From a bacterium (GTDB lineage: Bacteria; UBP6; UBA1177; JAKLFG01), in NCBI GenBank assembly GCA_022709425.1, contig JAKLIW010000013.1, positions 183-64,182 of the forward strand: a stretch of DNA of 64,000 nucleotides, in the 5' to 3' direction. Positions 29,087 through 40,877 of this stretch are shown piece after piece (the stretch's first letter is position 1; the number at the start of each line of letters is the position of its first letter). The notes beneath the pieces were generated by a model. The model saw only the letters and a list, made by a program, of their open reading frames with translations, was not told the origin of the DNA and did no database searches. The position numbers and the translations under genes were made by a program.

Positions 29087-30889
29087 TTGACCCTTGTCGA
29101 TGTGAACCGGATAATCGAAGAACGCGTCAACATCGTCGATGTGGTCCGCCGTTACGTCAAACTCCAGTCGGCGGGACGTCGCCAGACCGGGCTGTGTCCC
29201 TTTCACAAAGAAAAGACCCCGTCGTTCAGCGTCAACGAAGAACGGCAGTTTTATCATTGTTTCGGTTGCGGCGCCCACGGCAATGCCCTGACCTTTGTAA
29301 TGAACATCGAGAACCTCTCGTTCCGCGAGGCGGTCAAGAAACTCGGCACCGACTTCGGCATCCGCGAACTTTTGCAGGAACAGTCGACCCCCGAGGCCGA
29401 CCGTAGCGAGGAGGAACGCCGCCAGATACTCGCGATCAACCGTCTCGCCGCGCTGTTCTTCCACCGCAAACTCGGTGAAAGCCGCGAGGCGTCCGATTAT
29501 TTGGCCAAACGCGGCATCACACCCGACACGATAAAACGGTTCGGGCTCGGCTGGATAGGCAACGGCGACGAACTGATCCTTTTCCTGCGCAACAACGGCG
29601 TCGCTTCGAAACTGATGGAGAAAAGCGGGCTGACACGCGTCGACCAGAACGGCAACCTGCGCTCCTTCTTCCACGACCGTATCATGGTGCCGGTGGTCAA
29701 CATGCGGCGCCAAGTCATCGGTTTCGGCGGTCGCATCATCGGCCCCGGCGAACCGAAATACCTCAACACCGCCGAAACGCCGGTCTTCCTGAAACGAGCC
29801 AGTCTTTTCGGCATCAACCTCATTCGTGACGGTCTCAAAGATCATAAGTATATCATCCTCACCGAAGGCTATTTCGATGTGATGGCGCTTCACGCCCACG
29901 GCTTCGGCACCGCGGTCGCGGCGCTCGGCACCGCAATAACCGAGGATCACCTGAAACTCATCGAACGGTTCGGCGTGCCGCTGGTGATGATACTTGACGG
30001 TGACGCGGCGGGCCGCAAGGCGATGCGGCGGGTGCTCGATCTCGCGCTACCCGAAAAACTCGACCTGCGCGCCGCCTTCATCGAAAGTCCCGACGGCAAG
30101 GAAGACCCCGATTCGCTGGTGCGCCGACCCGACGGCAAGGAACGCATGGAGGCGGTCATCGCAGGGGCCAAGGATATCACCCAGCACTATATCGACGATC
30201 TTGCCGAGCAGGCGCTCTGGGATCCCAACATCCCGGCGCGGGACGTCGCCAAGGACGAGATGGCCCGCTTGATACTGCGTTTCCCGCTCAACAAGCGGAT
30301 GGAGTACCTCAACAACCTCGGCGATATTCACCGCCGTCACCATAATTTCGACGAGACGGCGGCGAAGAAACTGCGCAAAGAGGTCGATCTGCAACTCCGC
30401 GATATCGCCAAACGGGAGCGCGGTAACACGGCAAGCCGAAATGACCGCGCCCCGGAAAGCGGAAGCGTCGCCAAACGATCGATCCCGGCCGAACTGACGC
30501 GGGAACTGTTCGTGCTCGCCGCAACCCACCGATCGCTCATCCCGGCGCTTGACGATCCATTCCTGCAGCGCTATGACCTCAACGACCTAAGAATTCGACT
30601 GCTCACCGCCCACGACAGCGGCGAAGGCAACGAAACCTATGAGAAGATGATAGCGGAACTCGACCGCGACGGCAAACTGGTTCTCGCCTCCGGCAAACTC
30701 ACTGAAGCCGCCGCCGCCACGCGCTTTCAACAGATCGTATTCAAACTGCGCATCGCTGATATCGACAAAGCGGTTCTCGATCTCAAGACCGAGTCGTCGC
30801 CCGATGCAATAGCCGAGATACAACGCCTGATGAATGAGAAAAAACACCTGTCAGCCTCCCTCACCATGGGGACCGGCGCGGCCACCTAA
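29087..30889 (+). CDS. dnaG: DNA primase
   Basis: CPFHKEKTPSF..CFGCG zinc finger; FHDRIMVP, GFGGR, PKYLNTAET, TEGYFDV, LGTA, DGDAAG, DPD. Confidence 0.97.
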   Translation: MTLVDVNRIIEERVNIVDVVRRYVKLQSAGRRQTGLCPFHKEKTPSFSVNEERQFYHCFGCGAHGNALTFVMNIENLSFREAVKKLGTDFGIRELLQEQSTPEADRSEEERRQILAINRLAALFFHRKLGESREASDYLAKRGITPDTIKRFGLGWIGNGDELILFLRNNGVASKLMEKSGLTRVDQNGNLRSFFHDRIMVPVVNMRRQVIGFGGRIIGPGEPKYLNTAETPVFLKRASLFGINLIRDGLKDHKYIILTEGYFDVMALHAHGFGTAVAALGTAITEDHLKLIERFGVPLVMILDGDAAGRKAMRRVLDLALPEKLDLRAAFIESPDGKEDPDSLVRRPDGKERMEAVIAGAKDITQHYIDDLAEQALWDPNIPARDVAKDEMARLILRFPLNKRMEYLNNLGDIHRRHHNFDETAAKKLRKEVDLQLRDIAKRERGNTASRNDRAPESGSVAKRSIPAELTRELFVLAATHRSLIPALDDPFLQRYDLNDLRIRLLTAHDSGEGNETYEKMIAELDRDGKLVLASGKLTEAAAATRFQQIVFKLRIADIDKAVLDLKTESSPDAIAEIQRLMNEKKHLSASLTMGTGAAT

Positions 30890-30904
30890 CAGCGGGGAAT
30901 ACGC

Positions 30905-32959
<2,055 letters not shown>

Positions 32960-32969
32960 ATAAAGATGG

Positions 32970-32998
32970 TTGACACCACTAGACGCATCTGGTACAAA
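32970..32998 (+). promoter_or_regulatory. Sigma70 promoter for the nucleotidyltransferase cassette
   Basis: TTGACA-17 nt-TACAAA, preceded by TG (extended -10). Confidence 0.6.
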
Positions 32999-33015
32999 TA
33001 AACTGTCTTGGGAAG

Positions 33016-33522
33016 ATGGGGCAGATGGAAAGAACGCTTGCGGTGATTAACGAACTTGAAAAGGGCGGGCTTGTTTCGCGGTATGCCATAGGCGGCGCGA
33101 TGGGCGCCACTTTTTATGTCGAACCGGTGGTCACCTTCGACCTTGATGTTTTTGTCGTTCTTCCGACCGACTCCGGCGGCCTACTGACCCTCGCGCCGAT
33201 CTATGAAATGCTTCGTTCCCGCGGATATCAAGAAGAGGGCGAATGTATTGTCATCGAAGGGATACCGGTGCAATTCCTTCCGGCCTACAATCCGCTTCTC
33301 GAAGAGGCGCTTGCCGAGGCACGCGAAACGATGTATGCCGATGTCCCTACCCGCGTCCTGCGTGTCGAGCATCTGTTAGCAATAGCGTTGCAGACCGGGC
33401 GCCCCAAGGACCATGAACGCATACGACTTTTCCTGAAGGAAGCGGATTTTGACCGCCCTTATCTAACGGCCATCTTAAAGCGCCACGACCTTGAAGAACT
33501 CTGGGAAAGGATGAACGGATGA
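33016..33522 (+). CDS. Stand-alone Pol-beta-superfamily nucleotidyltransferase (toxin-like)
   Basis: YAIGGAMGA...TFDLDVFV (GG..A / DxD), RPKD; 4-nt overlap with the small downstream ORF. Confidence 0.72.
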   Translation: MGQMERTLAVINELEKGGLVSRYAIGGAMGATFYVEPVVTFDLDVFVVLPTDSGGLLTLAPIYEMLRSRGYQEEGECIVIEGIPVQFLPAYNPLLEEALAEARETMYADVPTRVLRVEHLLAIALQTGRPKDHERIRLFLKEADFDRPYLTAILKRHDLEELWERMNG

Positions 33523-33725
33523 CACCGGAATTCGAGCGCATCATCGCGGCGAAAGAAAAGCGGCGTAAGGATTTGGCGGCGCTTTCGTTCCCCGAAAAAG
33601 TCGCCATCGTCGTGCTGTTGCAGAAGATGGTCGCGCCGATATGGAAAGGTCGCGGTCGCGAGGTCCATGTTTGGCAGATCCCGGCGGCAAACGATCAATC
33701 GGTACTTGCCGATCCTTCCCGGTAA
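33519..33725 (+). CDS. Small basic helical protein, probable partner of the nucleotidyltransferase
   Basis: MTPEFERIIAAKEKRRKDLAALSFPEKVAIVVLLQKM; ATGA coupling. Confidence 0.65.
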   Translation: MTPEFERIIAAKEKRRKDLAALSFPEKVAIVVLLQKMVAPIWKGRGREVHVWQIPAANDQSVLADPSR

Positions 33726-34355
33726 ATGAAACGATTCTCGACCATATTAATTTCTTTAGTTTTTCTCGCCGCCTGCACATCCCCCACCACGAAGAATGAC
33801 ACCGACACGGTTAAGCCCGACGGCGATATGCCGGTCTTATCGTCTACTGATGCGAAAATAATCCGTGAAGTCATTAACGACGACGATACAGTGACATTGT
33901 CCTCTGCTGACACGCAAAAAATTAACGAAGTTGTAAAGGAAGCGAGAAAAGCCATTCTTAATAAGGACACGGAAGCTCTTCTAAAGAATATCAGTGCGAC
34001 GAAGGGATTAACATGCACTGACACACTTTACACATACAAAGAAATAAAGAAATTCCTCCGTGACAAGAACAGTCATCTTTATATATCCTTGTTTGATACT
34101 GTTCGCTATTCGAAACGTTTTTCGAAGGAATGCCGCGGCTTTTCCTCAGAGTACGCTATAATCGCCGACATAGATTTTCTCCAAAGCGCGAATGAGTCGA
34201 TTAAAATTACTCCATTTGGTAACGATTGGGTTGAAGTCATTATTGAGTCCCCAATAAAAACTCACTGGCCTTTGTCGTGGGCGTTGCATAGAGAAGGTCC
34301 AACATGGAAGATTGCCGGGAGCAGTTTTATTATAGGGTCGTGTTCGTGCGGGTAG
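33726..34355 (+). CDS. AT-rich lipoprotein of unknown function
   Basis: MKRFSTILISLVFLAAC lipobox; starts immediately after the previous stop; visibly lower GC than the flanks. Confidence 0.72.
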   Translation: MKRFSTILISLVFLAACTSPTTKNDTDTVKPDGDMPVLSSTDAKIIREVINDDDTVTLSSADTQKINEVVKEARKAILNKDTEALLKNISATKGLTCTDTLYTYKEIKKFLRDKNSHLYISLFDTVRYSKRFSKECRGFSSEYAIIADIDFLQSANESIKITPFGNDWVEVIIESPIKTHWPLSWALHREGPTWKIAGSSFIIGSCSCG

Positions 34356-34421
34356 TTATAAATCATAATCTGTTACTGCAAAGTCGATCCTTCGCGCTGT
34401 CCATTCGAGTGAGGTAAAAAG

Positions 34422-34450
34422 TTGACTCATTCCAACCCTCCCGGTATTGT
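34422..34450 (+). promoter_or_regulatory. Sigma70 promoter of the GT2-deacetylase-folC-recN operon
   Basis: TTGACT-17 nt-TATTGT. Confidence 0.6.
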
Positions 34451-34492
34451 ACCCCGACCACGGCAACCCGTACCTGAAACGACGGAGACACC

Positions 34493-35212
34493 ATGGATAA
34501 GCGACTCGTCACGATAGTCATTCCGGTCTACAACGAGGAACAGATACTCGAACAGGCGGTCACCGGCCTCTACGCCGAACTGGAGCGGTACCGCGCCGAC
34601 TTCGATTTCGAACTGATACTCGCCGAGAACGGCTCCAAGGACAACACCATCGCCAAAGGTCAGGAGATAGCGAAACGGTTCCCCGGGATGTCGATATTCC
34701 ACCACCCCGAACCGGACTACGGCAACGCCCTCAAGGCGGGCATCCGCCGCGCCAAGGGGGAGATCATCGTCTGCGACGAGATAGACCTCTGCCTGCCGGA
34801 GTTCTATGAAAAGGCGCTCGCCATCTTCAAGGCCAACGGCGCGCAGATGATCGTCGGCTCCAAGGCGATGAAGGGGGCCAAGGACGAACGCCCCTTCAAG
34901 CGCAAATTCGCCACCTTCGTGCTGAACTTACTCCTCAAGATCATCCTCGGCTTCAAGGGTACCGACACCCACGGCGTGAAAGCGTTCCTCAAGGCGCCGC
35001 TCATGCCGGTGCTCGACCGGTGCCTCGTCGGCAAGGATATCTTTGCCAGCGAATTCGTGATACGCGCCGAACGGGCCGGCATCGACATCCACGAGATACC
35101 GATATCGCTCGACGAGAAGCGCGCCCCCTCGATACGGCTCCTCAAACGGGTCCCCCGCGTCATCTCCAATCTCGCCTATCTCTTCTGGGCCATACGGATC
35201 AAAAGAATATAA
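34493..35212 (+). CDS. GT2 glycosyltransferase (DPM1-like)
   Basis: VIPVYNEE, AENGSKDNT, YGNALKAG, DTHGVKAF, FASEFVIRA. Confidence 0.88.
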   Translation: MDKRLVTIVIPVYNEEQILEQAVTGLYAELERYRADFDFELILAENGSKDNTIAKGQEIAKRFPGMSIFHHPEPDYGNALKAGIRRAKGEIIVCDEIDLCLPEFYEKALAIFKANGAQMIVGSKAMKGAKDERPFKRKFATFVLNLLLKIILGFKGTDTHGVKAFLKAPLMPVLDRCLVGKDIFASEFVIRAERAGIDIHEIPISLDEKRAPSIRLLKRVPRVISNLAYLFWAIRIKRI

Positions 35213-35216
35213 CACG

Positions 35217-36110
35217 ATGCCCACCGTAGCCTTCACGGTCGATCTCGACCCCACGCCCGCCTATTACGCGATACACGGCCTGCAGTGGAACGGCGGCGCC
35301 GATCCGATATTCCAGAGCGGACTCCGGCGGCTGATCGACCTTTTGAAAGAGGAAGGTATCCCCGCGACGCTCTTTGTCACCGGTGGAACGCTGGGCCCCG
35401 CCGAGTGGGCGCTCCTGCGTGACGCGGCCGCCGCCGGCTGTGAGCTGGCCGACCACAGCTTCTCGCACGATTACCGCCTGTCGCTACGGCCGCAGGAGGA
35501 TATCGTGACCGATCTGAAACGCAATTCTTTCGCCCTGCGCGAGAATACCGGCATCACCCCGCGCGGTTTCCGGGCGCCGGGCTATAACACCTCGCCCGCG
35601 ATGCTGGCCGCCCTGCGCGAGATGGGCTACCGCTACGATTCGTCGCGATTCCCGTCGCTTTTCTACAACGCGGCGAAACAACTCCTGATCTGGATAAAAC
35701 GGCTCATGGGGAAACGGTCGGTGTCGTTCGTCGGATCGTTCCGCGATTCGTTCGGTCCGCAGAGCGCCTATATGATAGAGGAAGGGCTGGTCGAACTGCC
35801 CATCACGACGCTCTTCCCGCCGGTCGGCCTGCCGCTCATCGGCACGGCGCTCATCACCTTTCCCGCGCCGTTGGTCCACCTCATGGTCTCCCGCGCCCTG
35901 AAACGCGACTTCGCCCTCATCGAGATGCACGCGATAGACTTCGCCGAAACGGCCGACGGCATCGAACTGCGGCCGCTTTCGGACCGCCAACCCGACCTCG
36001 CCCACGGCATCGACCGGAAACTAAAACGGATACGGCGCACCATCCAACGGTTCAAGGAGCGCGGCTTCACCTTCGAGACGCTCGGCGCGATCGCCGACCG
36101 GCACCAATAA
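35217..36110 (+). CDS. Polysaccharide deacetylase (CE4/NodB-like)
   Basis: TVDLD, ATLFVTG, ELADHSFSH, GFRAPGY, YDSS, ELP, EMHAID. Confidence 0.85.
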   Translation: MPTVAFTVDLDPTPAYYAIHGLQWNGGADPIFQSGLRRLIDLLKEEGIPATLFVTGGTLGPAEWALLRDAAAAGCELADHSFSHDYRLSLRPQEDIVTDLKRNSFALRENTGITPRGFRAPGYNTSPAMLAALREMGYRYDSSRFPSLFYNAAKQLLIWIKRLMGKRSVSFVGSFRDSFGPQSAYMIEEGLVELPITTLFPPVGLPLIGTALITFPAPLVHLMVSRALKRDFALIEMHAIDFAETADGIELRPLSDRQPDLAHGIDRKLKRIRRTIQRFKERGFTFETLGAIADRHQ

Positions 36111-37357
36111 TGAACATCTCCTTTCTCGAAGACCTCTACAAACGGCGCGGCGGTATCAAACTGGGACTCGGCCGCGTCGCCGAGGCGTTCCCGGCCGTCA
36201 AACGGCGCGCCATCCCGGTCTACCATGTCGCCGGGACCAACGGCAAAGGGACCGCCGTCTACGCGCTCGACCATCTATTGCGGCGCGCGGGGCTCAAGAC
36301 CGGCTGTTTCGTGTCGCCCCACATCACCGACTTCAACGAACGGATACTGGTCGACGGGACGCCGATACCCGACGCGACGGTCGAACGGCTCTTCCGCGAA
36401 CTGGAGCGGGAGCTGGCGATATTCCCCGAACTCTCTTTTTTTGAGATAACCTTTCTGCTGGCGTGGCGCTGGTGGGAGGAATGCGGCATCGAACGGGCGG
36501 TGGTCGAGGTGGGGCTCGGCGGCCGGCTCGACGCCACCAACACCATCGACTGGCCGAAAACCGATATCATCACCTCCATCGGACTCGACCACACCCAGAT
36601 ACTCGGCCAGACCGCCGAAGAGATCGCGGCGGAAAAACTGGGCATCGTCCACCGCGGCGACCGGCTTCTGCTCGGCCCCACCATCCCGGCCGACCTCGCC
36701 GCCCGTATGGAACAGGATGCACTTGCGGCGGGCGCACTGCTGGTGGAAAAGGGACCGGTGACCGTGCCCGACCGCTTCATGCCGCCGACGCAGATGTCGC
36801 TCTCGTCCGAACAGCAGGCCAATCTCCACCTTGCCCACCGCGCGGTCACGCTGACCGAAGGACGGGAGATCGCCCCCGACTTCTCGGAACTTTTCATACC
36901 GGGCCGCTTCCAGCGACTTCACGACCGCATCATACTCGATGTCGCCCACAATCCCCCCGCCATGCAGGCGCTGGTGAAGCACCTCGCGGCCCAGCGGCTG
37001 CGGCCCTCGCTCCTCTTCGGCGCGATGAAGGATAAGGACATCACCGCGATGCTCGACCTCATCGCCCCGGCGGTCGGCGATATCTTCGTGGTGGGGCTCG
37101 ATACCGGCGGCGATCGCGGGGCATCGGTGGCGGAGTTGACCAACCGCGCCGCCGCGCCGCTGAGACCTCACCTGCGGCACGCCGCCGATGCCGAGGCGAC
37201 AATGGCCGCCGCGCTGGAAAGCCTGTGTCATACCCACGCACCGCTACTGGTCACCGGCAGTTTCTTTTTGCTGGAGCGGTTCATCGGTTTCATCAACTCG
37301 CCGAAAGGAAAAGAAATGCTTTCTCATTTGCAATCGGGCCCGAGAGGTCTGCGGTGA
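36110..37357 (+). CDS. folC: Folylpolyglutamate synthase/dihydrofolate synthase
   Basis: HVAGTNGKGT, FVSPHITDFNERI, SFFE, EVGLGGRLDATN, EKLGI, PGRFQ, DVAHNP. Confidence 0.93.
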   Translation: MNISFLEDLYKRRGGIKLGLGRVAEAFPAVKRRAIPVYHVAGTNGKGTAVYALDHLLRRAGLKTGCFVSPHITDFNERILVDGTPIPDATVERLFRELERELAIFPELSFFEITFLLAWRWWEECGIERAVVEVGLGGRLDATNTIDWPKTDIITSIGLDHTQILGQTAEEIAAEKLGIVHRGDRLLLGPTIPADLAARMEQDALAAGALLVEKGPVTVPDRFMPPTQMSLSSEQQANLHLAHRAVTLTEGREIAPDFSELFIPGRFQRLHDRIILDVAHNPPAMQALVKHLAAQRLRPSLLFGAMKDKDITAMLDLIAPAVGDIFVVGLDTGGDRGASVAELTNRAAAPLRPHLRHAADAEATMAAALESLCHTHAPLLVTGSFFLLERFIGFINSPKGKEMLSHLQSGPRGLR

Positions 37358-38982
37358 AGATACGCTCGATCATCCTGCGCAATTTTCTCATCATCCAGAA
37401 GGCCGACATCGACCTCGACGCCGGCTTGACCGCCGTCACCGGCGAGACCGGCAGCGGCAAAAGCCTTTTTGTCGAGGCGGTAAAACTGCTCCTCGGCGGC
37501 AAGTCGCACAAAGGAATGGTCGGCCCGTGGGGCAAGACGGGCGAACTTTCAGCGCTTGTCGAACTGGGAGACGCGGACGGCCTGCTCCGGGAACGGCTGG
37601 CGGCGCTCGCCATCGAACCGGACGAGGAGCGCTTTGTCACGGTGCGGCGCGTCATCGGCGACAAGAGCCTCACCTACCTCAATGATTCCCCCGTCTCGGC
37701 CCAGAGCCTCACCGACCTGTTCGCCGACTGGATGGAGATATCGTCGCAGTTCGAGAACCGCGAACTATTCAAGGCCGAGTACCAATTGTCGGTGCTCGAC
37801 GGCTTCGCGCTCTCCGATAAACTCAAGGCCGAATACGCGGCGCAGTGGGAAAAACTGCAGGCGCTCAGGAACGAGATCGAGACGCTCAAACGGCAGGACG
37901 ACCCGGCGCGACGCGACTATCTCGAATTCCAGATACGCGAACTCGACGAATTCCGTCCCAAGGCGGGTGAAGAGGAGCGGCTCCGCCAGAAGATGCTCCT
38001 CTCCGAGAACCGCAAGAAACTCGAGGCGCTCATCACGAAAGGCGACGACGGCCTGCAGGCGGCTGTCGAAGCGCTCCACGGGGCCGACCGCGCCATCGCC
38101 GACATGGCGAAGATAACCGATCTGGGTGATCTGCCGCAGCGCACCGCGTCGGCGCTCATCGAATGCCGGGACCTCCACCGCACCTTGCGGAGCGTCGCCG
38201 GCCGGATGGATCTCGACGACGCCGATGAAGAACTCAAAGGACGCTGGGACAAGCTGAGCGGCCTACTGATGAAGCATGGCGTGAAGGATGCCGACGGGCT
38301 TATCGAGAAGCATATCGTGATGAAGCGGGAACTGGCCGACCTCATCAAGACCCCCGACCGGGTCCGCGAACTGAACCGCGAGTTCTTCGCGCTCAAGAGC
38401 GAGGCGGAGAAAACGGCGCAGAAGATGCGCAAGGCGCGGCTCAAGACCATCGCGCCGCTCGAAAAGGAGCTGACCGGCTATCTGCTGAAATTCGGCATGG
38501 AGCGGATCGTCTTCAAGATCGTCGTCGCCCAGAACGAGGAACTGTCGGCCGCCGGGCTCGATACCGTCCGGTTCATGATGAACACCATCGGCTCGGGCGA
38601 ACTCTACCCCATCAAGAACCTGTCGGGCGGCGAACTGTCGCGCCTATTGCTCGCGCTGAAACTGGTCGACAACGACGCAGGGCGCTTCATCCTGTTCGAC
38701 GAGATCGACGCGAACATCGGCGGCGAGATCGCGGCGCGGGCCGCTGCGGAACTGAAGGAGAACTCGAAGTTCAACCAGATACTGGTGGTCACCCACTTCC
38801 CGCAGACCGCCGCGTGGGCAGACGCCCATCTGGTGGTCGAGAAGTCGGCGGAAGGAGAAGCGATGGAATCGACTCTACACGCCGTAGAAAGCGACGATCG
38901 GGTCCGCGAACTGGCCCGCATGATGGGAGATTCGAGTTCGAAAGAGAATATCAAAGCGGCTCACAAACTGTTGGAGAGATAA
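37354..38982 (+). CDS. recN: DNA repair ATPase RecN
   Basis: GTG start overlaps the folC stop; GETGSGKS, coiled coil, LSGGELSR, FDEIDANIGG, VTHFPQ. Confidence 0.9.
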   Translation: MKIRSIILRNFLIIQKADIDLDAGLTAVTGETGSGKSLFVEAVKLLLGGKSHKGMVGPWGKTGELSALVELGDADGLLRERLAALAIEPDEERFVTVRRVIGDKSLTYLNDSPVSAQSLTDLFADWMEISSQFENRELFKAEYQLSVLDGFALSDKLKAEYAAQWEKLQALRNEIETLKRQDDPARRDYLEFQIRELDEFRPKAGEEERLRQKMLLSENRKKLEALITKGDDGLQAAVEALHGADRAIADMAKITDLGDLPQRTASALIECRDLHRTLRSVAGRMDLDDADEELKGRWDKLSGLLMKHGVKDADGLIEKHIVMKRELADLIKTPDRVRELNREFFALKSEAEKTAQKMRKARLKTIAPLEKELTGYLLKFGMERIVFKIVVAQNEELSAAGLDTVRFMMNTIGSGELYPIKNLSGGELSRLLLALKLVDNDAGRFILFDEIDANIGGEIAARAAAELKENSKFNQILVVTHFPQTAAWADAHLVVEKSAEGEAMESTLHAVESDDRVRELARMMGDSSSKENIKAAHKLLER

Positions 38983-38984
38983 TC

Positions 38985-39707
38985 ATGGCCCACAAGATCG
39001 CGGTATGCATCCCGACCTACAATGAGAAGGAGAATATCCTCGCCATCGCGCAGGCGGTGCGGGGTTCTCTGCCGACCGCCGACATACTCGTGGTGGACGA
39101 CAGTTCGCCCGACGGCACCGCCGATATCGTGCGGGGCGCCCAGTTGGAGAACCCGTGGCTCAAACTTCATGTCCGCAAGGAGAAGAAGGGGCTCGGCGCC
39201 GCCTACATCGACGGCTTCCAGCGACTCATTGAAGGAGGCTACGATATCATCATCCAAATGGACGCCGATTTCTCGCACCAGCCGAAGTACCTCCCCCATT
39301 TCATCGAGGCGATCGACGCGGGAGCCGATGTGGTCATCGGGTCGCGCTATGTGAAGGGCGGCGGCACCGAGAACTGGGACCTGTCGCGCCGCATCATCTC
39401 GCGCGGCGGCAGTCTCTACGCCCGGACCATCCTCTGCCTGAAACAGAACGACGTGACCGCCGGGTACAAGTGCTGGCGCGCCGATATGCTGAAGAAAGTG
39501 ATCGTCGGCGACCTCAAGCTCTCCGGCTTCGGCTTCCAGATAGAGATGTCGTTTCGCACCAAACTGGTCGGCGCGAATATCAAAGAATATCCCATCGTTT
39601 TCCCCGACCGTGAAAAGGGCGTTTCGAAGATGAGCGGTAAGATATTCAAAGAGGCGCTTATCGGCGTCTGGAAGCTTCGTTTCATGGGCCGGAAGGTATT
39701 CGCGTAG
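38985..39707 (+). CDS. Polyprenol-monophosphomannose synthase-like GT2
   Basis: IPTYNEKEN, VDDSSPDGT, GLGAAY, MDADFSHQP, IGSRYVKGG, DVTAGYKCWR, GFQIEM, SKMS. Confidence 0.92.
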   Translation: MAHKIAVCIPTYNEKENILAIAQAVRGSLPTADILVVDDSSPDGTADIVRGAQLENPWLKLHVRKEKKGLGAAYIDGFQRLIEGGYDIIIQMDADFSHQPKYLPHFIEAIDAGADVVIGSRYVKGGGTENWDLSRRIISRGGSLYARTILCLKQNDVTAGYKCWRADMLKKVIVGDLKLSGFGFQIEMSFRTKLVGANIKEYPIVFPDREKGVSKMSGKIFKEALIGVWKLRFMGRKVFA

Positions 39708-39708
39708 C

Positions 39709-40872
39709 CTATTCGGTGGGCCGCAGATAGATCGTCGCCCCTTTCTGGAACAGGAAGAACCGCTCCTTTCCCCGCGTCAGTATCTCCAGCGCCCGGTAGG
39801 TGGCGTCCTCGGTGTCGCGGTCCGACCAGAGTTGTACGAACGCGGCGTCATACTTGACCAGCACCAGTTCGGTCTCGTGGGTCTTGACGGTGGTATCGTC
39901 GCCGCCGTATGCGCAGGCCTCGAAATTCTGCACCCGGTCGTTGGCCCCGAAGACATAGAGATTCGCACCGATGAACCGGATATCGCGCTGATAGGTCATA
40001 TCGCCCGCGTCGAGTATCGCAGATGTCTCGATGGTCACCTTCGCGCCGCGGACGAAACGATATAGCCCATTATCCTCGCCGAACCAATGAAGCGTCGATC
40101 CGTTCAGGGCCGCCGCTATTCCGCGTGAACCGACCGATGGATCGGGATCGATGGCATCGCCGCTGATGGTCAATGCGTTGGTGATCGCCCCCTCTCCGTC
40201 GACGACCAGATAGCGGAAACCGCTCTCCGGGAACCAGCGGACCAGATGCAGTTCGCTCTTGTTACCGGCAAGAAAGACCACAAGCCCGTCCGTTTCATCA
40301 GCCAAAACCGCACCGCCGCTCTTCTCTCCCGTCGCCGGATCATACCGATCGACGAACAATGCGCCGGCGCTCATACCGGCGACCGCCAGCAGTCCATCGG
40401 CGGTCAGATAGGCGGCATGTATCTCCCGCGTCTCATCGGAAGATATCTCGAGTTCCTCCCCCGCTTCCAGCGAAGAAGAAAGTTCGGTCACCACCACATC
40501 GAACGCGGGGTGACTCTCGCCTGTATCGGCCGTCATCCACTCGCCGGTCAGCGCGACCAGATAGTAGCCTCCCGAGGTCCGGGGATACAGCGCCGTCATG
40601 AGCTGTTGTCCCGCGTGATCGTGGCTGTAAAGAGCGGTGCGTTTGAATTCCTTATCGTACCGCGCGACAAAGGCACGCCGGCAAAGCGTCATCTCCTCGG
40701 CGCAGGAGAAGGACTTCCCGTCCATCCCGGTCCCGGAGTGGTCGATACCAAATACAATGAGTTCGTCGCCGTCCATCAGGGCGCCCGCCCCGTCGCCGAC
40801 CCCCAGTTTCGTCTCCTGCGCGGTGCAGGCCGAGAGCAAAAGAATCAAAAAGAGAGCGCACGCGTTGAACAT
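39709..40872 (-). CDS. Lipoprotein of unknown function
   Basis: MFNACALFLILLLSAC lipobox; starts 5 nt after the sulfotransferase stop. Confidence 0.7.
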   Translation of the reverse strand: MFNACALFLILLLSACTAQETKLGVGDGAGALMDGDELIVFGIDHSGTGMDGKSFSCAEEMTLCRRAFVARYDKEFKRTALYSHDHAGQQLMTALYPRTSGGYYLVALTGEWMTADTGESHPAFDVVVTELSSSLEAGEELEISSDETREIHAAYLTADGLLAVAGMSAGALFVDRYDPATGEKSGGAVLADETDGLVVFLAGNKSELHLVRWFPESGFRYLVVDGEGAITNALTISGDAIDPDPSVGSRGIAAALNGSTLHWFGEDNGLYRFVRGAKVTIETSAILDAGDMTYQRDIRFIGANLYVFGANDRVQNFEACAYGGDDTTVKTHETELVLVKYDAAFVQLWSDRDTEDATYRALEILTRGKERFFLFQKGATIYLRPTE

Positions 40873-40877
40873 CGTCG

